Virus record (IMG/VR): IMGVR_UViG_2531839454_000020
Direction: 5' to 3' (one strand)
Source of the DNA: a virus
Taxonomy: Duplodnaviria > Heunggongvirae > Uroviricota > Caudoviricetes
DNA: 34,734 nucleotides
Shown here piece after piece: positions 24,353 to 33,795 of this stretch. The notes beneath the pieces are model-generated. The model worked only from the letters and a program-made list of their open reading frames with translations, had not been told where the DNA came from and ran no database searches. The stretch's first letter is position 1. Every line of letters begins with the position of its first letter. The position numbers and the translations under genes were made by a program.

Positions 24353-27300
24353 TGGGATTTGAAATATTGGTAGGCGCGGTTATTGCTGGTGCGTCTGCTG
24401 GGATGGCTGCTGCTGCAACATTTTCTGTTATGACCGCAGTCGCTATCGGTATGGCTGCTGGTGCAATGACCTTGATCGCTTCCACTGTAGGCGCACCAAA
24501 AACACCGAAAGTACAAAGCCCAGATAATGCGGTGACACTAGGAACATCAAACGATCCTAAGACAGTATTCCCCGTTCTTTTCGGTACTACCCGCACGGGT
24601 GCAATCTGCGTTTACAAAGCAATTTCACAGCGTGAAAACAACAAACTGGTACAAATTTTTGCTATTTCCGAAGGTGAGATCGATCACTTTAAAGCACTGC
24701 ACATCGATAATAAAAACGTTCTCATTAGCCAGAATATGACAATTCGTGATGGCATTCTCGATAAAGGAAACATTAAAGACGAATACCGCAAAGTTTTAGA
24801 AGTCGAGTTTCGCACGGGTAAAAATCCTAACACTGCATTGGATTTAGCTAAACATCATTTGGGCGCTGATTGGGATGATCGGTATCAGGGTAACGGCATT
24901 GCGACCATGTGTATTGTTTTACGTCGTGATGACAAATCTTTGGCTGCTGGTGTTGATATTCTCCAGCCTAATAGCCAGGTAGCGGTCGATGTTATGGGCT
25001 TAAAGATTCGTAACCTTGAAACCAATGCTATTGAGGCTAGCACTAACGGCGTGGACCAGATTTTCCATTATCTGACAAATACAAAGTATGGTCTTAGTGT
25101 ACCGATTGAAAATATTAACGTTGATTCATTCCTGAAAGTGCGTAAACAAGTACGCCAGATGGATTTACATTCCAACGGTGCATGTGATCCGAACGCCAGC
25201 TTTAAAGAGAACTTAACTAGCCTTATGCAGACTTTCGGCGGGGTGATGTTCGAATCCTTTGGACGTATTACGCTGAAACTGGATGCTCCTGATATTGTTA
25301 AGCATACTTTCAATGAAGACAATATCATGATGGGTAAGGTATCACTGAAAACAGGTGGCACTAACGGTTATTTCAATACCATTAACGCGATGTATCAAGA
25401 ACCATCAATCGACTATTCAGAGCAAATGCTACGTTATCCGGCTGATGCTGAAAACGATGCTACTATTCGTCAAGATGGTCGAATTATCGCTAAAGATATC
25501 GAATATCGTTTTGTTAAGTCTAAAGCCCAGATTGATAAACTAGCAAGTATTGAACGAAATAAATCTCGTATCACTCAGGTTATCAGCTTTATGACTACTG
25601 ACGCGTTCACTGCCGAAGTGTGGGATGTTATTAGCGTTACCTATGATGAATTGAAACTGAATAATTCACTTTGGCGCATTACTGCAATTGATCGTTCTAT
25701 TGATTCTGGTATTGCTGGGATGATGACTATCACCGCTACAGAATATAATTCTCAGGTTTATACTGACCTGAACTATGCGGCGACTCCAGACAATAGACCT
25801 ACTGGTTTACCGGATTCAATGACAGTACAGAAACCGACTAATTTCAGAATTAAGGCAACTGGTGAGACAATCCACGGTAAAAACGTTACTTTGACATGGG
25901 ATGCACCGGAAGATTTTAACCGCTACGGTTTCCAGATTGATTATCGTGTGAGTGGATCACCTAACTGGATTAAGCTGGGACAGACTTCACAGCAAATTTT
26001 CAATATCAATGCACTGGCAAAAGATCGTTCCTACGATTACCGCGTTTGTGCTTTCGGTATTATTGCTCGTTCCGAATGGGTGGAACTGGTTAACCAGAAT
26101 CCAGAAGTTACCTATGAACTGCCTACGCCAGTGATCCGCATCAAAAATCAGGGTGGCACACCAGGAACTTTTGAAGGCAATGATCTGATTATCGAATGGG
26201 ATAACCAGCAACAATTAGATGTGATGATCAACGGTGAAGCTAACAAGTTTAGTGACCTGTTTGAAGCATACATTATCAAGGTAACTAACAAGGCTGGTAA
26301 GTCTATTCAGTACCGTACCCGCGATCCTGAATCATGGACGTATACGCTTGATATGAACCAGTTTAACGGCCTTTCGCGTCAACTGACGGTAGAAGTATCA
26401 GCTAAGGGCTATAACAACTCAGAGAGCGCCCCAGCGCGTTTAGTGGCTATCAACCCACAACATAAGCCGATGAAAGGTTTTAGTGCGCGTGGTGGCTTTA
26501 ATACTGCGTTTGTTAGCTGGGCGGATGACGTAGAACATGACTATGCAGGGTCAATCATCCAGTATGCAACCGATAATACTTTCTCCGATGCAAGGGCAGT
26601 GACTACCAATAGCGTTAGTCATACTTCCTTTGATTTGGCTGACGGGGATTATTATATCCGTGGTGCTCACTATGATATTTTCGGTATGGATGATGCTGTT
26701 TGGTCTGAACCGTATTTCATGCAAATGAAATCTACCATTAGCTGGGACGATCAGGACAAAGAAGCACTGGAAGACCTGATTGGTTTACAAGATCGCTTAG
26801 ATGAAACCATCGCGGATGCTATTGCTCAAGCTGGCGCTAATGCCGATGCTAAGATTGATGCAATGCATAAACAGATTACTACCGAAACCGGAAAGACGGT
26901 CCAAGCCTCAGCCGATACCCTTAAGAATCTGATTGCTACCAGTGAGCAAGCCAGCGCAACTAAGATTGATCAGGTTAAAGCTGAACTGAAAGGCGATATC
27001 ACCAAAGAAGTTAGCGCATCCGCTACTACCCTGAAACAAGCAATTGCTACCAGTGAGGCAGCAAGCGCAAGTAAGATTGATCAAGTTCGGGTAGAAATGG
27101 ATGGCAAGATTGCTGGTGTGAATCAGGAAGCAGATGTAAAAATCGATGCTTTGAAGGGAACCATTAACAGCAAATATAATCTGGCAGTTAATGCAGATGG
27201 TCGCGTGGCTGGTATTCATATGAGCGCAACCAATGATCCGGCAGAACCGACAAGAATCATCTTTACGGCTGATAAAATCGCGGTAGCTCCACAAGACGGA

Positions 27301-28098
27301 TCAGAAGTTTGTCCGTTTGGCATCGAAGATAACAAAGTTTATCTTGATAATGCGATGATTCGTAATGCTGCAATTGGCACAGCCCAGATTAGTGATGCTA
27401 GTATCACCACGGCTAAGATCGGCACAGCCCAGATTAACGGCGCTCACATCCAACACGCACAGATCGGAACAGGTCATATCATTGATGGCTCTATCGATAA
27501 TGCTAAAATTGGTAACTATATCCAGTCTTATAACTGGAATGGTAACGATGGATGGTATATCGGCAAAGATGGCACTTGTCATTTTAGACACGCTAATATT
27601 CGTGGTCATTTGGTGGCTGATTCCGGCGAAATGAACAACGTAACGATTAATTCAAGTTGCCGCATTTTGGGTATGCTTGATGCTAATCAGGTGCGTGGTG
27701 ACTTCGTGAAAGTGGTTGGTAGGAGTTTCCCGCATCGCCAACCAAACTGGCCTGATGGTACAATCACTGTAAGGGTCGAAGATGATCATCCATTCGATCG
27801 CCAAATAGTGATTCCAGCGATTCATCATAACGGGTCTGTTCGTAGTGGCGAAAGTAGCGATCATTGGGATACTTGCCGACTAATCGTTAAGAAAAATGGT
27901 GGTGTTCTATATGATCGCACTGCAACTTCTGGCTGTATGTACAGTGGAGTTATTGACATGCCAGCCGGACACGGGGCAGTAACAATGACTTTTGAAGTTT
28001 ACTGTAAGGGCGTTAACAACTATAACCCAAGTGCATATATCAGCGATCTAACGGTAATGGTAACTAAGAAAGCCGCTACTGGTATTTCTGTTTCTTAA
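24352..28098 (+). CDS. central tail fibre / host specificity protein (lambda J-like) with gpI-like hydrophobic N-terminus, 1248 aa
   Basis: Gly/Ala-rich hydrophobic N-terminus; long central region; C-terminal DDHPFDRQIV...VIDMPAGHGAV...VMVTKKAATGISVS resembles the receptor-recognition end of lambda-type J proteins (recalled, not aligned). Confidence 0.7.
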   Translation: MGFEILVGAVIAGASAGMAAAATFSVMTAVAIGMAAGAMTLIASTVGAPKTPKVQSPDNAVTLGTSNDPKTVFPVLFGTTRTGAICVYKAISQRENNKLVQIFAISEGEIDHFKALHIDNKNVLISQNMTIRDGILDKGNIKDEYRKVLEVEFRTGKNPNTALDLAKHHLGADWDDRYQGNGIATMCIVLRRDDKSLAAGVDILQPNSQVAVDVMGLKIRNLETNAIEASTNGVDQIFHYLTNTKYGLSVPIENINVDSFLKVRKQVRQMDLHSNGACDPNASFKENLTSLMQTFGGVMFESFGRITLKLDAPDIVKHTFNEDNIMMGKVSLKTGGTNGYFNTINAMYQEPSIDYSEQMLRYPADAENDATIRQDGRIIAKDIEYRFVKSKAQIDKLASIERNKSRITQVISFMTTDAFTAEVWDVISVTYDELKLNNSLWRITAIDRSIDSGIAGMMTITATEYNSQVYTDLNYAATPDNRPTGLPDSMTVQKPTNFRIKATGETIHGKNVTLTWDAPEDFNRYGFQIDYRVSGSPNWIKLGQTSQQIFNINALAKDRSYDYRVCAFGIIARSEWVELVNQNPEVTYELPTPVIRIKNQGGTPGTFEGNDLIIEWDNQQQLDVMINGEANKFSDLFEAYIIKVTNKAGKSIQYRTRDPESWTYTLDMNQFNGLSRQLTVEVSAKGYNNSESAPARLVAINPQHKPMKGFSARGGFNTAFVSWADDVEHDYAGSIIQYATDNTFSDARAVTTNSVSHTSFDLADGDYYIRGAHYDIFGMDDAVWSEPYFMQMKSTISWDDQDKEALEDLIGLQDRLDETIADAIAQAGANADAKIDAMHKQITTETGKTVQASADTLKNLIATSEQASATKIDQVKAELKGDITKEVSASATTLKQAIATSEAASASKIDQVRVEMDGKIAGVNQEADVKIDALKGTINSKYNLAVNADGRVAGIHMSATNDPAEPTRIIFTADKIAVAPQDGSEVCPFGIEDNKVYLDNAMIRNAAIGTAQISDASITTAKIGTAQINGAHIQHAQIGTGHIIDGSIDNAKIGNYIQSYNWNGNDGWYIGKDGTCHFRHANIRGHLVADSGEMNNVTINSSCRILGMLDANQVRGDFVKVVGRSFPHRQPNWPDGTITVRVEDDHPFDRQIVIPAIHHNGSVRSGESSDHWDTCRLIVKKNGGVLYDRTATSGCMYSGVIDMPAGHGAVTMTFEVYCKGVNNYNPSAYISDLTVMVTKKAATGISVS

Positions 28099-28116
28099 AA
28101 TTTAATTCTAATAATT

Positions 28117-28157
28117 AATCCCGCTTAATTCTTTTGAGTTAGGCGGGATTATTTTTA
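28117..28157 (+). terminator. terminator-like hairpin after the J-like gene
   Basis: aatcccgc/gcgggatt 8-bp stem with large loop, then atttttat. Confidence 0.45.
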
Positions 28158-28203
28158 TCTAAATAATTCTGCCATTAAATTATATAAAAATATCGGGGGC
28201 GTA

Positions 28204-28482
28204 ATGACTGAAATTATATATGGCGGTATCGGTGTTATCGCCTTAATTTGTGGTGGGCTTTGGAGACTTCACCGAAATCAATTAGCCACAGAAAATAGAT
28301 TGTCGAAATTGGAATCCAGCGACGCATTGTTAAACCAGAAGTTTGAGACGATGCAGAATAACCATACTCAGATTGCTGAACGTGTTTACCAAATGGAACA
28401 AACACTACACGGTATAGAGAAGAAAGTGGTTGCGATGGACGCCAAATTTGACCAAGTTCTCGACATACTCAAACAAAAATAA
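28204..28482 (+). CDS. membrane protein with one N-terminal TM helix and coiled coil (92 aa); holin- or i-spanin-like candidate
   Basis: IYGGIGVIALICGGLW hydrophobic segment then helical C-terminus; SD GGGGGCG. Confidence 0.4.
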   Translation: MTEIIYGGIGVIALICGGLWRLHRNQLATENRLSKLESSDALLNQKFETMQNNHTQIAERVYQMEQTLHGIEKKVVAMDAKFDQVLDILKQK

Positions 28483-28500
28483 TAATAAAGGGGTGAATAT

Positions 28501-28671
28501 ATGAAGAATAAACTTAAGAAATATTTTGGTTATCTCTTGATTGTCGCCCTCACTTATAACGTAGCTATTAGACCTCTGCTAACGTCCTTTGGGCTTGAAC
28601 TCCCGGCTATGACCGTGGATGAACAATTGCTAAGGACACTGGCGGGGGTCTTTTCGTTATTAGGGGGCTAA
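28501..28671 (+). CDS. small membrane protein (56 aa); holin-like candidate
   Basis: MKNKLKKYFGYLLIVALTYNVAIRPLL... with one TM; SD AGGGGTG; stop 1 nt before the next start. Below the track cut-off. Confidence 0.4.
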   Translation: MKNKLKKYFGYLLIVALTYNVAIRPLLTSFGLELPAMTVDEQLLRTLAGVFSLLGG

Positions 28672-28672
28672 C

Positions 28673-29356
28673 ATGGCAACCAGTACCAATAAACGAAACG
28701 CTCTAAGGACAAAGAAAGCGTTACGCCAATGGACTGATAAAGCAACCGATACATTCGAAAGGGCGATAGGGGAAGGGGCGATCTTTGCTGCTCGTGCACT
28801 CCAGAAGAAGATTAACAAGAATGTTGATAGACCTACTCGATGGACTCAGCAAGCTGTAGGTAATACCAACTACAAGAACCGATCAGGGACGAGACACCAA
28901 ATCTTCATCAAGGGCGCAAGGGATAAGGACAAGAAGATCGGCAGTCAGGATGACTATCTGAAACACTATTTCGATGGTGGCAAAATCAATAAGCTAGTTC
29001 CAATCGCTAACGGCAAGGTCTTAGACGCCCACGGGAACATTAAGGCCATCAAAGGCGGTAAGATGATGCGTAACCTCGAAAACGGCAACTTCATCAAGGT
29101 AGAGAACAAGGAAGGGACTTTTATCATGAAGAAGTACAAGCCTAAGAAATCCCGAACCAAACGCGCTAGGAATGGATCGGCGGTGGCAAAACGTCGCTTA
29201 GAGAAACGCATACAGAAACAGAGCAAGCGAATTGTTGCCGTTAAATCGGATAAAATTTCTACTCGTTATTCGACGCTAGGATTGTGGGAAAGCAACGAAG
29301 CAATGATGCTTGAAAACATCAATAAGCACATTAAATCGCGCATGAAATACGTTTAA
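28673..29356 (+). CDS. highly basic hypothetical protein (227 aa)
   Basis: Lys/Arg-rich throughout (KKYKPKKSRTKRARNGSAVAKRRLEKRIQKQSKR); SD GGGGGC. Confidence 0.55.
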   Translation: MATSTNKRNALRTKKALRQWTDKATDTFERAIGEGAIFAARALQKKINKNVDRPTRWTQQAVGNTNYKNRSGTRHQIFIKGARDKDKKIGSQDDYLKHYFDGGKINKLVPIANGKVLDAHGNIKAIKGGKMMRNLENGNFIKVENKEGTFIMKKYKPKKSRTKRARNGSAVAKRRLEKRIQKQSKRIVAVKSDKISTRYSTLGLWESNEAMMLENINKHIKSRMKYV

Positions 29357-29366
29357 TCCATAAATA

Positions 29367-29388
29367 CCCTCATAGAAACTTATGGGGG
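29367..29388 (+). promoter_or_regulatory. hairpin whose 3' arm contains the SD of 29395
   Basis: ccctcata-gaaact-tatggggg; ATAAATA immediately upstream (29360..29366). Confidence 0.45.
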
Positions 29389-29394
29389 TATAAC

Positions 29395-29742
29395 ATGGCT
29401 AAAAATATTTTCACTGAATTTCCTACTTATCCGGTCGACCAGCTTTCCGGTATTTTTATCAATGGCATTAGCCCAGAATCAATGACCTATGATTTTGAGG
29501 CGAAGAGAGTCCAACATAAACAATTCAAGCAGATGATCCGCGATGATGGTAACGGGCTAGTGTTTTGTGTTGCGACACTCGCTAAACGTCCTAAGTATCG
29601 CTTTCGTGTAGGGCAGGAGATTGATGTAGTTAATCCTTACAACTTCAATTGTATTGGCGATACACGCGCGGTGTGTGTAGGGACAACTAACTATTATATC
29701 AAGGGACTTAGATTTACCGGCTATCTTATGCAATATATCTAA
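29395..29742 (+). CDS. hypothetical protein (115 aa)
   Basis: ORF with GGGGGT SD. Confidence 0.5.
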   Translation: MAKNIFTEFPTYPVDQLSGIFINGISPESMTYDFEAKRVQHKQFKQMIRDDGNGLVFCVATLAKRPKYRFRVGQEIDVVNPYNFNCIGDTRAVCVGTTNYYIKGLRFTGYLMQYI

Positions 29743-29751
29743 GGGGGTAAT

Positions 29752-30105
29752 ATGTTAAGTAAGCATTTTTCTCGCAAGGAATTTAAATGTAAATGCGGAA
29801 AATGTGATTATGATACAATCGACGCTGAATTACTGGTGATTCTTGAGGATGTACGAGAGCACTTCGGTAAACCAGTGATTATTAACAGTGGCAACCGTTG
29901 CCCGACTCATAACAAGAATGTAGGCGGGGCAGCCAATAGCTATCACGTTCGAGGCCGCGCGGCTGACATATCGGTGAAAGGAATTTCTCCTGATATTGTT
30001 CATGCTTATCTTGATGGGAAATATCCTACTCAATACGGCTTAGGAAAATATAAAACCTTTACGCATATTGATTCCAGATCAAAAAAATCACGGTGGAATG
30101 GATAA
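29752..30105 (+). CDS. endolysin, peptidase M15 family (zinc peptidoglycan peptidase), 117 aa
   Basis: SYHVRGRAAD (H-x6-D) and FTHID zinc-ligand pattern; SD AAGGGGGT. Confidence 0.7.
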   Translation: MLSKHFSRKEFKCKCGKCDYDTIDAELLVILEDVREHFGKPVIINSGNRCPTHNKNVGGAANSYHVRGRAADISVKGISPDIVHAYLDGKYPTQYGLGKYKTFTHIDSRSKKSRWNG

Positions 30106-30469
30106 AACAAAAGCGCCCACCAGAGGCGCTTTTTTGTTAGAATATGCTGGCGACGTTAGCTATATTTCTGACCATTTTTTCATTATAGACAAATATACCG
30201 CAGATGATAAAGTGGTATTCGACGAAGTTGATCCGTCTCTGGTTGAAGCAATGAAAGAACCTGAGATCGTCATTGAAGAAACAAAAGAAGAATCTCCAGC
30301 AGTTGAACCAGTGGTCGAAGAAGTTAAGTCAGATGTTGAAGAAGCACCGGAAGTTAAAGTGAAATCTCCGGTAGCCAACATTTTCTCTGACGAAGCAGAA
30401 CATCGTTCCCCAGCGCATGACACTGATTCATTTTGCGATCTTACTGGTTTCCAAAACTACAATAATTAA
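30098..30469 (+). CDS. acidic hypothetical protein; start uncertain
   Basis: Open frame with an E/V/P-rich acidic region; its 5' end overlaps the endolysin stop and the terminator, so the true start may be internal (e.g. ATG at 30251). Confidence 0.3.
   Translation: MDKTKAPTRGAFLLEYAGDVSYISDHFFIIDKYTADDKVVFDEVDPSLVEAMKEPEIVIEETKEESPAVEPVVEEVKSDVEEAPEVKVKSPVANIFSDEAEHRSPAHDTDSFCDLTGFQNYNN
30111..30136 (+). terminator. intrinsic terminator after the endolysin gene
   Basis: aagcgcc-caccaga-ggcgctt followed by tttttt. Confidence 0.6.
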
Positions 30470-30515
30470 TTCTTATAAATAGTAGTGAATATTATTTTAT
30501 TGAGGATTCACTACT
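30451..30515 (+). promoter_or_regulatory. conserved promoter-like element CCAAAA-N17-TATAAATA-GTAGTGAA plus 10-bp inverted repeat enclosing the SD (copy 2 of 2)
   Basis: CCAAAA 30451..30456, TATAAATA 30474..30481, AGTAGTGAAT 30481..30490 pairing with ATTCACTACT 30506..30515; SD TGAGGA in the loop; ATG at 30516. Confidence 0.45.
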
Positions 30516-30806
30516 ATGAATACTACTTTAGCAAAGGATATCGAATTTACCGCAAAAAGCAAACGTGCGACCCCTCCGGTCGAATATGAAATCAGAATCA
30601 TTAAAGTTTGTCAAGCGCATGGATGGTTATACAGTGGTTTTGTGCTTCCTGTAAAGAAACCATTCCAGAACACCAAAGTTTGCATAGAAGTTAACGGAAA
30701 GGTTAAAACGCCATGTATTAGTCATGTTCTAACTGGTCAGTTTACTGGCAAAGATAGAGTATCACCGCCTAAGAAGAAGTTTAGATTTACCGAAGAAGAA
30801 CACTAA
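30516..30806 (+). CDS. hypothetical protein (96 aa)
   Basis: ORF directly after the conserved element. Confidence 0.5.
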   Translation: MNTTLAKDIEFTAKSKRATPPVEYEIRIIKVCQAHGWLYSGFVLPVKKPFQNTKVCIEVNGKVKTPCISHVLTGQFTGKDRVSPPKKKFRFTEEEH

Positions 30807-30845
30807 GAAAACGCTCGCAAGTTCTAAAAGCCGATAGGGTGGGAT

Positions 30846-31514
30846 GTGTTAGGTCTGGCTGAACCTTATCAGGGTGTTGACACTAAACTAATTCTTCGTT
30901 GTAAGTGCCACGGAAAGATTCACAAGAAAGGTGATTTACACAATAACCGCAGACAAGGCGGGTTAACATGCCCTTTGGTTAGGGGTGTACTTAAATCAAT
31001 TCAGAATGGTAGAAAACAGGTTATCAGAAACAAGTTTGCACAGCGCTCTATGCACTTTTATCTAATTCGTGTTGGCGAGAAGTTTTTCAAATATGGAATT
31101 ACCACTCGCAAAGATCCGATGCAACGGGTAAGAGAACACCAGAAGCACACCAGCGAGAAAATCACCTTTGAATGCTCACATTTGTTTAACATTGGATGGA
31201 AAGCTGGTGATTTAGAAATGGGGATTAAAAAGAATATTCAGGGCAAGAAAATCCCACGTAAGGTAATGAATAGCGGATTCACAGAAACGCTACCGATTAG
31301 CAAGCTGAAAGATGTTAAATCATTCATCAATGAATACATCCACACCAACCCATCTAAGCCAATGTATTTTGATGATACCAACGCAATCAATCTGAACAAC
31401 TACATTAGTGATGAAGACATAGAACGAGATTTATCGCAGTGGATGAATGCACCGTTAGCTGATTTAATACCGGAAGACTTAGAACTCGATTTAAGCCCTT
31501 TAGAGGCTCTTTAA
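30846..31514 (+). CDS. GIY-YIG-type homing endonuclease-like protein with N-terminal Cys/His-rich extension (222 aa, GTG start)
   Basis: FYLIRVGEKFFKYGITTRKDPMQRVREH ... TFECSHLFNI ... E..IKK resembles the GIY-YIG catalytic core (recalled); preceded by CKCHGKIHKKGDLHNNRRQGGLTCPL. Confidence 0.45.
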   Translation: MLGLAEPYQGVDTKLILRCKCHGKIHKKGDLHNNRRQGGLTCPLVRGVLKSIQNGRKQVIRNKFAQRSMHFYLIRVGEKFFKYGITTRKDPMQRVREHQKHTSEKITFECSHLFNIGWKAGDLEMGIKKNIQGKKIPRKVMNSGFTETLPISKLKDVKSFINEYIHTNPSKPMYFDDTNAINLNNYISDEDIERDLSQWMNAPLADLIPEDLELDLSPLEAL

Positions 31515-31530
31515 TACAATTAAATTAAAA

Positions 31531-31550
31531 AGGGGTACAGATGTACCCCT
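31531..31550. terminator. hairpin between convergent genes (bidirectional terminator candidate)
   Basis: aggggtac-agat-gtacccct, A/T-rich on both sides, between the + stop at 31514 and the minus stop at 31588. Confidence 0.5.
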
Positions 31551-31587
31551 TAAAGTGTTTAGCTCGTTATACGTCGATTTAGGCCGC

Positions 31588-33267
31588 TTAAATTCCAAAT
31601 TCCTGTAATGGACCTGGTATTTCCTCTTCTGGTTTCCAGTTCTTATCTGTCAGCATGTCTAAACATGGATGCAGAACAAGCCCGTTGCTCTCCAGAATCT
31701 GCCTATCATTGATAGTTTTCAAATCAATGAATATCCGGCCTTTCCTCGTTCCTCTTGAATTTTCTATTACAACTCTCTGGGTCTTTCCATCGATGTATTC
31801 CAGTACAAACAAGTTTTTGTTTCTGTCAATCCTGCTACACCCGATCCGCTTTAGAGCTTGCTTAATCTTAAACCGGACCTTTAGTCGTTCCTCGTTATAA
31901 ACATCTTCTAAATCAAATTCTGCGAGCTTCTCCCAGCCTTGAGAGTCCACAGAATACATTTCCTCTTCTGCCATCTTGATCTGATTGTAGAGTGTTTCAC
32001 GCTCGCTATTGAGGGTAGTAATCTGATCGGCTAGCTCCTTCGTTGCTCCTGTCATAGCAGAAAGGGCAATCAGGTTATCAATCTTGCGTGATATTTCATC
32101 AACCTGTACTTTCAAAGCCGGAACCGGATTAGCCTTGTCCTCAGCAATCCAGATTTTATCAGCCAGCAATTGCAATACAGCTTTCTCTAATTGATCACCT
32201 CGAAAACTCCAGTTTGGATGCTCGCAATCAAGTCTACGTGAACGGGTCGCATCACATGTATAACGATACTGGTCAGAACGTTTGTTTGTTCCCTTCACTT
32301 TAACCATAGCGCAGCCGCAATGATCACATTTCAATAGGCCAATACCACTAAGCAGGGGGATCGGTTTAACTTCTTCCTTCTCTCCAAAGTTCCATGCTCT
32401 AGCACCAATATTTTTCTTAAGGTGATAGAACGTAGCATCATCAATAACACGAGGGTAATAATCCTTTAACTCATAGTTAACGCCATCTACAGAGACTTCC
32501 TTGATACCAATCAAAGCGCGGGTATGGAACAACCTTTCAACCATTGCCCGTGACCATTTTGAATGCTTCTTGTTGCTTACTGCTGGTGGTGGTGCATATG
32601 TCTCGTTAAGGTGATCCAGTATTTCGGCGGTTGAACGTCCATTCTTCCGTAATTCCACAATCTCCTGAACAACAGGGAAGTACACCGGATGAGGCAGCAC
32701 ATAACCGGAAGTGGTATCAGTCCACCACATATTCTTTCCAACTTCCTCGATTGCCACTGCCGGATTCTGGGGATTTTCTTGATGAGCTTTAATCTTAATC
32801 AGTGCGCTTGAGTTAGTACGATTGCGCTTAGTCTGACTTTCCTCATTACCACGGATGAATAAAAGGATGGAGAACATCAGGTCCATCGGATTAGCGGTAA
32901 CAGTATCCAGCGAGTAGATCTTGTTATCCATGCCAGTAACAATGGTTATTCCCCTACGGATGATTGAAAGGAATAACTCCTGCGCACTGACAATATCGGC
33001 ACGGGATAAGCGGTCCAAGTTTTCAATGAATAGCCAGCTACCAACAGGAACGGATCTACCAATTGCATCAAGGAAACGAGATAACGCCCCTGTTTTAGAG
33101 TTAGCACCCTTAAACGCAGATACACCCAGATCCTGATAATCATTTACCAGTTCAAGGTCATACTTTGCCGCAACCTCTCTCGCCATCCTGATTTGTCGTT
33201 CATAACTCGAACCATCATTCTGACGCATAGACGAGAAGCGAATATACGAATACAGTTTAGTTTTCAT
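31588..33267 (-). CDS. large serine recombinase (integrase/resolvase family), ~559 aa
   Basis: N-terminal MKTKLYSYIRFSSMRQ...YERQ resolvase catalytic motif, Cys-rich CDHCGC...C zinc ribbon, C-terminal coiled coil; the track start at 33282 adds 5 residues. Confidence 0.8.
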   Translation of the reverse strand: MKTKLYSYIRFSSMRQNDGSSYERQIRMAREVAAKYDLELVNDYQDLGVSAFKGANSKTGALSRFLDAIGRSVPVGSWLFIENLDRLSRADIVSAQELFLSIIRRGITIVTGMDNKIYSLDTVTANPMDLMFSILLFIRGNEESQTKRNRTNSSALIKIKAHQENPQNPAVAIEEVGKNMWWTDTTSGYVLPHPVYFPVVQEIVELRKNGRSTAEILDHLNETYAPPPAVSNKKHSKWSRAMVERLFHTRALIGIKEVSVDGVNYELKDYYPRVIDDATFYHLKKNIGARAWNFGEKEEVKPIPLLSGIGLLKCDHCGCAMVKVKGTNKRSDQYRYTCDATRSRRLDCEHPNWSFRGDQLEKAVLQLLADKIWIAEDKANPVPALKVQVDEISRKIDNLIALSAMTGATKELADQITTLNSERETLYNQIKMAEEEMYSVDSQGWEKLAEFDLEDVYNEERLKVRFKIKQALKRIGCSRIDRNKNLFVLEYIDGKTQRVVIENSRGTRKGRIFIDLKTINDRQILESNGLVLHPCLDMLTDKNWKPEEEIPGPLQEFGI

Positions 33268-33330
33268 ACCATTTCCAAACAAAAACGCCCCTACCGCGTA
33301 TTATAACGATAGGGGCTAGGTGATTAAAGA

Positions 33331-33750
33331 TTAAAGAATTTCACGGCAGCTAATCAGGGGATAAGATGTATCACCTTTTTTAACATCAAATATAGGAGCG
33401 CCATCTACAGAATGCAGATATTTGATGTAAGACTTACCATCTTCGGAACCATAATATTCTTCTTTCTCGTTCTTATCTTCTTTCAGTTTCGGGCTTTTGA
33501 TTGTTTTATCAAATACCGGATCGTTGAAAGCAAATTGACTATTATCATCATTCACTCGAACCTTTACACCGATAAAACCACGGTATTTGCCAGACGGCGC
33601 ATGATAATAACGGTCGCCATCACTCAGGTAGCGTGTATCATCTCCTTTATATTCGAAGTAGGAATTGCACACATAATAGGTATAGGTATTAGCATTCGCA
33701 GCACCAACCAAACCCAGAGCAAGAACAACACCCGCGATAATCTTTTTCAT
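33331..33750 (-). CDS. secreted/periplasmic hypothetical protein (139 aa) with signal peptide
   Basis: MKKIIAGVVLALGLVGAANA signal-like N-terminus (no lipobox Cys); two Cys near the ends of the mature part. Confidence 0.55.
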   Translation of the reverse strand: MKKIIAGVVLALGLVGAANANTYTYYVCNSYFEYKGDDTRYLSDGDRYYHAPSGKYRGFIGVKVRVNDDNSQFAFNDPVFDKTIKSPKLKEDKNEKEEYYGSEDGKSYIKYLHSVDGAPIFDVKKGDTSYPLISCREIL

Positions 33751-33795
33751 AGTAGAATTTCCTCTTGTTATTTGAATTACGATATATTTATATCG

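Noticed and set aside
24204-24596. 130-aa minus-strand ORF across the K-like/J-like gene junction
   Set aside because: Antisense to the Gly/Ala-rich N-terminus of the J-like protein; A/P/I-rich composition.
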